Of a stretch of 36,618 bases of DNA, positions 28,417-36,618 are shown piece after piece. The notes below the pieces were generated by a model. That model saw nothing but the letters and a program-made list of their open reading frames with translations. It searched no databases and had not been told where the DNA came from. Source of the DNA: Planctomycetaceae bacterium (GTDB lineage Bacteria; Planctomycetota; Planctomycetia; Pirellulales; UBA1268). The stretch covers positions 1 to 36,618 of the forward strand of contig JBJTJO010000122.1 of assembly GCA_046095965.1 (NCBI GenBank). Reading direction: 5' to 3'. A program made the translations under genes and the position numbers. The number at the start of each line of letters is the position of its first letter. Positions within the stretch are counted from its first letter, which is position 1.

Positions 28417-28877
28417 GCCGTGGGTCCTCCCGGATCGCAGGCCGTGGTGTCACGGTCCATCCACGACGCCAGGATCACCTGGGCGGCGACCGCGTCGGAC
28501 CGCGCCTTCTTCCGGCCGCGTGAGAGGCCCGTTCCCGCGAGCAGGCCGGCCGCCTCGCGGGACGTGCCGCGTTCGTCGTGGAAGGTGACCGGCAGCCCGG
28601 TCACGCGGCCGAGCCAGGCCCCGAACCGCTCCACCTCGCGGGACATGTCGCTCGCGCGGCCGTCGGAGTGCACCGGCAGGCCGACCACGAACCCCACGAT
28701 CTCCTCGTCGGTCGCGAGGCCGCGGAAGAACGCGGCCTCGGTCTCCGGGTCGCCGGTCGCCTCGCGGACGCACAGCGGGCTCGCGAGGATGCGCCGCGCG
28801 TCGCAGACGGCCACGCCGATCCGCCGGCGCCCGTAATCGATGCCCGCCACCCGCCCCTCCGGAAACACGGCGGCCAT
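28413..28877 (-). CDS. ruvX: Holliday junction resolvase-like / pre-16S rRNA nuclease YqgF
   Basis: GIDYGRRRIGVA, VVGLP, DERGTS, DAVAAQVIL. Confidence 0.93.
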   Translation of the reverse strand: MAAVFPEGRVAGIDYGRRRIGVAVCDARRILASPLCVREATGDPETEAAFFRGLATDEEIVGFVVGLPVHSDGRASDMSREVERFGAWLGRVTGLPVTFHDERGTSREAAGLLAGTGLSRGRKKARSDAVAAQVILASWMDRDTTACDPGGPTA

Positions 28878-29881
28878 CAGCGCGGCTCCCCGGTGCCGGC
28901 GGGCTCCGCGGATCGCGCGGGGAACCTGCCGTCCTGCAAAAACGCCGCCGTGGCTCGCTGCACGTCGGCGTGATCCATCATCGACGCGTGGTGCACCGGC
29001 ACGACGAGGAAGTCGGCCGCACCGTCGAGGCGGGTCTCGGCCACGCGCACGACCGCGTCGTCGTCGCCGGCGAGGAGCGGGCTGAAACCCACGTCGTCAC
29101 CGCGGCCGCCGGCCACGATGCCGAACTCGCAGGGGGGCACGGCCAGGCCGGGCGCGACCGTCTCCCAGTCCACGACGAGGTCGCGGGCGGCACCCTCGGC
29201 CCGGGCGGCGACGCCCCAGATCTTCGCGGCCATGCGGGCCATGTCGGCTCCCTGGTTCGGTGGCCCGAGCATCACCATGCGGCCGACGCGGCCGAGGTCG
29301 GCGGCCGGGGCCACCGCCATCCAGCGGCGGACGACGAGGTTGCCGAGGCTGTGGCCCACGAAGTGGACGCGGGCGGCGGCCGGGAGGTCCGCGACGACCG
29401 CGCCGAGCGCCCGGGCGTGGGCGTCGATGTCGGCCTTCACGCTCGCGTAGCCGAACGTCATCACGGTGGCGTCGAGCGACCCGCGGAGTGCCGCGGCCAG
29501 CGGCCGCATCGAGCCGCGCCCCTCGCCGAGGCCGTGGAGGAGGATCACGGTCGGGCCGCGGACGCCCGGCACGCGGCCGGCGGAACACAGGCGGGCGAGC
29601 TCGCGGCGGCAGGAGTCGCCGGTGCCCGCGCAGACGATCCGCTCGTCGGGGTCGAGCACGCGGCACTCGTCGGTGCCCGGACGCCGCTGCAGCCGCCAGT
29701 CGTGCCGCACCACCTCGTCGGTCCACTCGAGCGCCTCACGTGCCCGCCGGACCCGGTCGAGCAGGGCGGCGTCGCGCCGGGCCACGTCGGCGGGGTCCAC
29801 GGTCGGCCCCGCGGACGCGACCGCGCAGCCACAGGCCGCGATCGTCGCCGCCACGCCGCGAACGAAGCTACAGGAAGCCAT
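28877..29881 (-). CDS. Exported alpha/beta hydrolase (esterase/lipase-like)
   Basis: LLHGLG, GHSLG nucleophile elbow, MLGPPNQG, GDDDAVV, VHHASM; signal-like N-terminus; start approximate. Confidence 0.85.
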   Translation of the reverse strand: MASCSFVRGVAATIAACGCAVASAGPTVDPADVARRDAALLDRVRRAREALEWTDEVVRHDWRLQRRPGTDECRVLDPDERIVCAGTGDSCRRELARLCSAGRVPGVRGPTVILLHGLGEGRGSMRPLAAALRGSLDATVMTFGYASVKADIDAHARALGAVVADLPAAARVHFVGHSLGNLVVRRWMAVAPAADLGRVGRMVMLGPPNQGADMARMAAKIWGVAARAEGAARDLVVDWETVAPGLAVPPCEFGIVAGGRGDDVGFSPLLAGDDDAVVRVAETRLDGAADFLVVPVHHASMMDHADVQRATAAFLQDGRFPARSAEPAGTGEPR

Positions 29882-30950
29882 GCCAGCCGCGGCTCTCGAG
29901 TTCCGCCACGACCTTCCGCACCGCCTCCTCGTGGGCGCGATCCGCGACGAGCGTGGCGTCGGGCGTGTGCACCACCAGCATATCCGCGAGGCCCAGCGTG
30001 ACGACGAGGTGGTCGTCGGCGGCGTGGACGACGGTGCCCGTCGTGTCGATGCCGAGGTGGCGGCCGACGACGGTGTTGCCACGCTCGTCGGCGCCGCGCT
30101 GGCGGGCCACGGCCGACCAGCCGCCGAGGTCGTCCCAGGCGAAGGGCGCCTCGATGACGGCCACATCGGGGGCGTGCTCGAGCACGGCGTAGTCGATCGA
30201 GATCCCCCGGATCTCCGCGAACTCGGCGGCGAAGACGCGGTCGCGGTCCGGCCCGTCCCAGGCGGCGACGATTCTCCGCAGCCTTGCGAGGCACTCCGGC
30301 TGCCGCTCCGCGAGCGCGGCGACGATCGTGTCGGCCCGCCACACGAAGATACCGGCGTTCCAGAGATACGTTCCCGCGGCCAGGTACTCCGCGGCCACGC
30401 GTGCCGGCGGCTTTTCCTTGAAGCGGGCGACGGCACAGGCCGGGGCGTCGCCGGATGCGACGGCGAGCGCCGCGCCCTGCTCGATGTAGCCGAACCCCTC
30501 GGCCGGGTACGTCGGGCGGATGCCGAACGTCACGAGCCGCCGCGGTTCGGCCGCCACCAGCGCCGCCGCCTGCCGCAACGCCGCCTGAAACCGGTCCACC
30601 GGGCCGATGACGTGGTCGGAGGGCATGACCGCCATCACGGCGTCGGGGTCGTGCCGCAGGACGAGCAGGGCGGCCAGGCCCACGCAGGGCGCGGTATCGC
30701 GCTTGCAGGGCTCGCCCACGAACGACTCGGCCGGCAGGTCCGGGAGCTGCGTCCGGGCGGCGTCGAGGAGGCGGGCCGCGGTGACGATGAGCGTGCGGTC
30801 GGGGGGCACGAGCCCGTCGAGCCGGGCCACCGTGTCCTGGAGCAGCGTCCGCGAGCCGGCGAGCGCGAGCAGCTGCTTGGGGAGCGCGGCGCGGCTCGCG
30901 GGCCAGAACCGGGTGCCCGAGCCACCGGCCATCACGATCGCATGGAGCAT
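29868..30950 (-). CDS. manC: Mannose-1-phosphate guanylyltransferase (GMP domain only, no PMI cupin)
   Basis: MAGGSGTRFWPASR..PKQ, EPCKRDTA, PSDH, GFGYI, FKEKP, WNAGIF, SIDYAVLE, WDDLGGW. Confidence 0.93.
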   Translation of the reverse strand: MLHAIVMAGGSGTRFWPASRAALPKQLLALAGSRTLLQDTVARLDGLVPPDRTLIVTAARLLDAARTQLPDLPAESFVGEPCKRDTAPCVGLAALLVLRHDPDAVMAVMPSDHVIGPVDRFQAALRQAAALVAAEPRRLVTFGIRPTYPAEGFGYIEQGAALAVASGDAPACAVARFKEKPPARVAAEYLAAGTYLWNAGIFVWRADTIVAALAERQPECLARLRRIVAAWDGPDRDRVFAAEFAEIRGISIDYAVLEHAPDVAVIEAPFAWDDLGGWSAVARQRGADERGNTVVGRHLGIDTTGTVVHAADDHLVVTLGLADMLVVHTPDATLVADRAHEEAVRKVVAELESRGWHGFL

Positions 30951-30980
30951 CTGGTGTCGATCCTCGGGAGGGAACGCCGC

Positions 30981-31094
30981 TCAGGTTCGCCCGCGGACCC
31001 AGGCCCAGAGCAGCAGGCAGAGCAGCGGGAAGCCGGCGAAGATCACCCCGTAGGTGAAGAGCGTGGTCCAGAGGTGGCGGGGCCAGCGTGCCAT
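30981..31094 (-). CDS. Putative small single-TM protein, 37 aa
   Basis: MARWPRHLWTTLFTYGVIFAGFPLLCLLLWAWVRGRT fills the gap between co-oriented genes; GC-rich third codon positions. Confidence 0.55.
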   Translation of the reverse strand: MARWPRHLWTTLFTYGVIFAGFPLLCLLLWAWVRGRT

Positions 31095-31110
31095 GGGCGA
31101 GATGCGGAGA

Positions 31111-31941
31111 TCAGGAGGCGTCGGCACCGGCGACGAGATCGACCGGGATCTCCAACTGCTCATCGGCGGCTTCGGCGAGCCGGCACTCGACGCGGACGCC
31201 CCAGGGCAGGACCTCGGCCGCGAGCACCGTCGCCTCGACACCATCATAGGCGGTCGTCACCTCCACGCCCGGGGTGGCGGCGAAGGCCGGACAGAAGCCG
31301 AGGTGCCCGTAGCCGGTCTTCGCCCCGGCGGGCACGACGACCACGACACGGCCGCGGACCCGTTCGCCTCCACCCGGCAATTCACGACGCTCGAAGCGCT
31401 GGCGGACGAGGCCGGCCTGCGGCTCGCGGTCGGAATCCCGCCCGCGCGGCGCGCTTCGTCGGGGACTTCGGGTTCGCCCCGCGACCGCCCGATGCTCCGG
31501 GACGGGCCGTTCGCCCGTGCGGCGCAGTGGCAGGCGGAGTGAGATCGCCACCACGGCGAGCGCCGCGACGGCGGTGACGATCCAGCCGGCCGGCTGCGCG
31601 GCCCACGGCAGCGGCGCGAGCCCGGCGACCGCGAGCGCGAGCCCGGCCCGCGCCGTGAGCGGGAGGCCACGGGCGCCGCCGGCCCCGCGGGCCGCGTCGG
31701 CGGCGAGCGCGAGCGCCGCGCCCACGGCCGTCGCCGCGAGGAGCAAGGTCGGGCCGGCCGGTTCGATGGCCCCCGCAAGCCGCCGCGCCGCGAGCATCGC
31801 GCCGCAGCCTGCCGCGGCGGCAGCCGCCGAGGTGCCCGCCACGCGAATCACGAGGCCGCTGACGTCGTCCGGCGACGCATCCACCCGCGCCAGCCAGGCC
31901 GCCGGGCGGGCACGACGCTCGAGTGGGCTGCTCGCCGTCAT
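31111..31941 (-). CDS. Hypothetical membrane protein (about 4 TM helices and a C-terminal beta domain)
   Basis: Hydrophobic N-terminal half; C-terminal HLGFCPAFAATPGVEV...VRVECRL; GGAG upstream of the start. Confidence 0.65.
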   Translation of the reverse strand: MTASSPLERRARPAAWLARVDASPDDVSGLVIRVAGTSAAAAAAGCGAMLAARRLAGAIEPAGPTLLLAATAVGAALALAADAARGAGGARGLPLTARAGLALAVAGLAPLPWAAQPAGWIVTAVAALAVVAISLRLPLRRTGERPVPEHRAVAGRTRSPRRSAPRGRDSDREPQAGLVRQRFERRELPGGGERVRGRVVVVVPAGAKTGYGHLGFCPAFAATPGVEVTTAYDGVEATVLAAEVLPWGVRVECRLAEAADEQLEIPVDLVAGADAS

Positions 31942-31978
31942 CGTCGCTCCCGGAGGCTCGATCGGACTCGCCCTGCCG

Positions 31979-33155
31979 TCAGGCAGTGGCCGTGGAGGCC
32001 GCCGCCTCCGCCAGGGCCTTGGCCCGGTCGGTCTTCTCCCACGAGAAGCCGTCGCGGCCGAAGTGGCCACCGGCCGCGGTCTTGCGATAGATCGGCCGCC
32101 GCAGGTCGAGGTAGTCGATGATCCCGCGGGGCGTGAGCGGGAAGAACTCCCGCACCACCTCGCAGAGCCGCTCGTCCTCGACCTTGCCGGTCCCCTCGGT
32201 ATCGACGTTCACGCTCACCGGCTCGCTGACGCCGATCGCGTAGGCGAGTTGCACCTCGCAGCGGTCGGCGAGGCCGGACGCGACGATGTTCTTGGCGACG
32301 TGCCGGGCCATGTAGGCGGCGCTGCGGTCCACCTTCGTGGGGTCCTTGCCGGAGAACGCGCCACCACCGTGGCGGCCCCAGCCGCCGTAGGTGTCAACGA
32401 TGATCTTCCGGCCGGTGAGACCGCAGTCGCCGTGGGGGCCGCCGACCACGAACCGCCCCGTGGGGTTGATGTGGTAGGTGATGTTGGCCGTGTCGAGGTT
32501 CTTGGGCAGCAGCGGCTTCACGACCTTCTCGACGATGAACTTTCGGATGTCGTCGTTCGAGACGTGGGGGGCGTGCTGCGTCGAGACCACGATCGTGTCG
32601 ATGCGGATCGGCTTGTTGCCGTCGTACTCGACGGTGACCTGGCTCTTCGAGTCGGGCCGGAGCCAGTCCACCTCCTTCTTCTGCCGGGGCCTCGGTGAGC
32701 CGCTCGAGGATCCGATGCGAGAGCGCGATCGGCAGCGGCATCATCTCGGGGGTCTCGTTGCAGGCGTAGCCGAACATCAGGCCCTGGTCGCCGGCCCCGA
32801 TGTCCTTGCCCGCCTTCTCGTCCTCGTTCACGCCCATGGCGATGTCGCCCGACTGCTTCCCGACGGCGACGAGCACCGAGCAGGTGTCGGCGGCGATGCC
32901 CATCTCGTCGTCGGTGTAGCCGACGTCGCGGATCACCTGGCGGACGACCTGCTGGTAGTCGATCGTGCCCTTCGAGGTGATCTCACCGGCGATCACGGCG
33001 AGGCCCGTGGTCACCATCGTCTCGCAGGCCACGCGGCTCTTCGGGTCCTGCGCGAGGTAGGCGTCGAGGACGCCGTCGGAGATCTGGTCGGCGAGCTTGT
33101 CCGGGTGCCCCATGCTGACCGATTCGCTGGTGAACAGATACTTGCCTTGTGCCAC
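31979..33155 (-). CDS. metK: S-adenosylmethionine synthetase, interrupted by a +1 frameshift at 32686-32689
   Basis: [13 protein letters not shown] and GAGDQG in one frame; [22 protein letters not shown] and [16 protein letters not shown] in another; removing one G gives [12 protein letters not shown]. Confidence 0.95.
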
Positions 33156-33221
33156 GGAAGGTGCCTCGTGCCTGAGGGGGTGTCGGAGTCGGTCCCGGAG
33201 CCGGGATCTCGAAGGTCCCGG

Positions 33222-33250
33222 ATTATCGGGACTCCCGCGCCGCTCTTCAA
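33222..33250 (-). promoter_or_regulatory. Putative sigma70 promoter of metK, TTGAAG-N17-GATAAT
   Basis: 17-nt spacing, about 65 nt upstream of the GTG start. Confidence 0.55.
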
Positions 33251-33442
33251 CCGGGGGCTGATAACCGCGTGTCATACGGTGGGAGGCGAGGGCTCCACGG
33301 GCCCAACCCGCTCGGCTTAGGGCCGGTACGAGTTCGCTCGCGAGCGGCGAAGCGCCGCAATGCTCGCGATCCTCGTCCCGAGCCCCCGCCGAGCTCCCTC
33401 CGAGAGTTGAGGAGGCGAGGGGCTGCCCATTGAGCTCCCTTT

Positions 33443-33551
33443 GCCTCTCCCTTTGGGAGAGGCCGGCCGCAGGCCGGGTGAGGGTGCAGGAACGGTTGGT
33501 CAAACGACGGAAGCACCCTCACCCCGGCCCTCTCCCAGAGGGAGAGGGAGA
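33443..33551 (+). repeat. Palindromic REP/REPIN-like doublet, copy C (25-nt spacer)
   Basis: Arms match copy A except the 3-nt hairpin loop; spacer AGGAACGGTTGGTCAAACGACGGAA. Confidence 0.9.
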
Positions 33552-33578
33552 GGAGGGGCGGCCCAGAGCCGGTAACCC

Positions 33579-34865
33579 TCACTGGAGCGTGTCGAGCACG
33601 AGTCGCGCCGTGGCTACCGTCGCGCCGCGCTGCGAAGCCACGAGCGCCGCGGCCCGCGCGCCGAGGGCCTCCGCCCAGGCGGGCTCGTCGAGGCAGCGGC
33701 GCACGAAGGCGGTGAGTTCGGCTCCGTCGGTCACCACGACCGCGGCGTCGGCCGCGCGCAGGCGGGCCACTTCGTCCTTGAAGTTGCGGGTGAACGGGCC
33801 GAACGAGACGGCCGCGCCGTAGGCGGCGGGCTCGAGCATGTTCTGACCGCCGCGCACACCGTCGAGGCTGCCCCCCACGAACGCGATTCGTGCCGTGCCC
33901 CACCACCAGGCGAGCTCGCCGGTCGCGTCCACGAGGAGCACGCGGCCGGCGGAATCGGCGCCATCCGGATCCAGCCGGCTCCGCCGCTGCCAGTGGAGGC
34001 CGAGGGAGTCGAGCGCGGCGGCGATGTCGGCCGACCGCTCGACGTGCCGCGGCACGATCACGAGCCGCAGCCGCGGGTGCGCCTCGCGGAGCGCGAGGAA
34101 TGCCTCGGCCGCGAGCCGCTCCTCGGGTTCCTGCGTGCTGCCGGCCAGGAACACGATGTCGTCGGGAGCGATGCCGGCGAGGGTCCGCAGACGGTCCACG
34201 TCGGCGGCCAGCCGGTCCCCCTTCACCCCGTCGAACTTCATCGAGCCGGTCACGACCACGTCGCGGGCCCCGAGGGCGGCGAAGCGGTCGGCGTCGGATT
34301 GCGACCGGGCGATCACGAGATCGACGTGGGCGAGCATCCGCCGCACGAGCGGCCCGATCCGCGCGTAGCCCGCGGCGCTCCGCTCGCTCATCCGCGCGTT
34401 GGCGACGACGATCGGGATGCCGCGGCGGGCGGCCCGGGCGAGGAGGTTCGGCCAGAGTTCGAGTTCGCCGAGCACGAGCAGGTCGGGCGCGACGCGGTCG
34501 AGCACGCGGTCGATCGCCCAGGTGAAGTCGAGCGGGCAGGGGAAGGCACGGTCGGCGCCGAACCGCTGCGCGGCGACCGCCAGGCCCGTCGTCGTGGAAC
34601 TCGAGATCACGCAGTCCACCGGGGTTCCAGCGGCCTCGGCCTGCGAGCGCAACTCCCCCGCCAGCGACGCGAGCAACTGCACCTCGCCCACGCTCACGCC
34701 GTGGAGCCAGATCCGTGGCTGCCCGCCGGCGGGGGGAGGCGGGGCGATCGCACCGGTGAACCGCGTCCACGGCGCCGCGACGGGCCGGCCGCCGGTGAGC
34801 CGCCGCCACGCCACCCAGGGCAGCGCGACGATCGCGGCGACGAGGTAGAGAACGTTCAGCAGCAC
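33579..34865 (-). CDS. waaA: 3-deoxy-D-manno-octulosonic acid (Kdo) transferase
   Basis: [58 protein letters not shown]. Confidence 0.95.
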   Translation of the reverse strand: MLLNVLYLVAAIVALPWVAWRRLTGGRPVAAPWTRFTGAIAPPPPAGGQPRIWLHGVSVGEVQLLASLAGELRSQAEAAGTPVDCVISSSTTTGLAVAAQRFGADRAFPCPLDFTWAIDRVLDRVAPDLLVLGELELWPNLLARAARRGIPIVVANARMSERSAAGYARIGPLVRRMLAHVDLVIARSQSDADRFAALGARDVVVTGSMKFDGVKGDRLAADVDRLRTLAGIAPDDIVFLAGSTQEPEERLAAEAFLALREAHPRLRLVIVPRHVERSADIAAALDSLGLHWQRRSRLDPDGADSAGRVLLVDATGELAWWWGTARIAFVGGSLDGVRGGQNMLEPAAYGAAVSFGPFTRNFKDEVARLRAADAAVVVTDGAELTAFVRRCLDEPAWAEALGARAAALVASQRGATVATARLVLDTLQ

Positions 34866-35736
34866 CGGTCACCCGGCGGCGACGCTGCTCGATCGGCCGC
34901 AGCAGTTCTTGAACTTCTTTCCGCTGCCGCACGGGCAGGGGTCGTTGCGGCCCACCTTCTGGCCCAGGTTGCGGATCGGGTCGATCCGGGCGGGCTCACC
35001 GTCCCCCGGCTGGCCGTCGCCCGCCTGCGGTGGCGCGGGCATGGCCATCGCGGCCGCGGCGTTGCCGGCGTCGGCGTGGATCGCAGCCGTCTCCTTCCAG
35101 GTGCTCCGCAGGGCGTCGTCCTCCACCTGCTCGATGCGGTAGACGATGTCCACGACCCGCTCGTCGATCCCCTTCCACATGAGGTCGAACGTCCGCATCC
35201 CCTCGCGCTTGTACTCCACCTTGGGATCGACCTGCGCGTAGCCACGGAGGCCGACGCTCGAGCGCAGGTGGTCCATGGCCAGGAGGTGGTCCTTCCAGGC
35301 GTTGTCGAGGATCTGGAGGAGCACCGCCCGCTCCATCCGGCCCATCTCGTCGCGCGGCACGTCGCCGCCCCGGTCGTGCCGGCGGCGGCTGGCCTCGACG
35401 AGCACGTGCTTGAGCTCGTCCAGGTCGTTCGAGGCGAGCGCCGACTCGTCGAGCGACGGGTCGAACCGTTCGCGGGCCCAGGCGAGGAGCCCCTCGCGGT
35501 CGAGGCCCCGCGAGCCGTCGGGACGCCGCTCCGTGAAGTGGGCGAGGCCCACGAGCACCGGATACTCGATCTCGCGACGGGCGTAGACCTCGCGGGCCTT
35601 CCGCGTGGCGAGCCCGCCGAAGGCGGCCGCGTCGCCGCCGGCCTTCTCAAACGCCGCGAGGTCGGCGGCGTCGAGGGACTCGCCGAACCGCCACTCGGTC
35701 CAGCCGCAGGCGCTTCGCAGGCCGTAGTCGGGGGCC

Positions 35737-36618
<882 letters not shown>

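Noticed and set aside
33156-33440. SAM riboswitch upstream of metK
   Set aside because: I could not recognise a SAM-I/II core, and the predicted promoter leaves only a ~60-nt leader with one hairpin; an Rfam scan would settle it
17899-33551. Repeat-spacer-repeat units as a CRISPR array
   Set aside because: The arms are inverted rather than direct, the copies are dispersed, and there are no cas genes

Overview
This is a very GC-rich bacterial housekeeping region, probably from a Planctomycetia (Pirellulales-like) genome. That assignment is inferred from the SecA with a large insertion, the stand-alone dnaA, and the vWA, AsmA-like and MFS gene families. It holds about 31 genes, including tilS, dapF, dnaA, a xseA-xseB-ispA-dxs-nadK cluster, a CbiX/SirB chelatase, prc, ruvX, manC, metK (one-base frameshift), waaA and the 3' part of secA, plus envelope proteins. 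I found no rRNA, tRNA, CRISPR array, transposase or phage gene. The most unusual structures are: (1) secA broken at a short microhomology and followed by an inverted, ~91% identical second copy, probably an assembly chimera; (2) three copies of a ~105-110 bp palindromic REP/REPIN-like doublet with fixed arms and different spacers; (3) a 71-aa exported protein with a rubredoxin-like/CxxCH motif that the ORF track hides inside a longer ORF; (4) a near-consensus sigma70 promoter for an atypical dnaA with a perfect 12-bp palindrome in its spacer; (5) an exported alpha/beta-hydrolase that lacks its catalytic Ser and His. The sequence alone does not establish a complete new multi-gene system.
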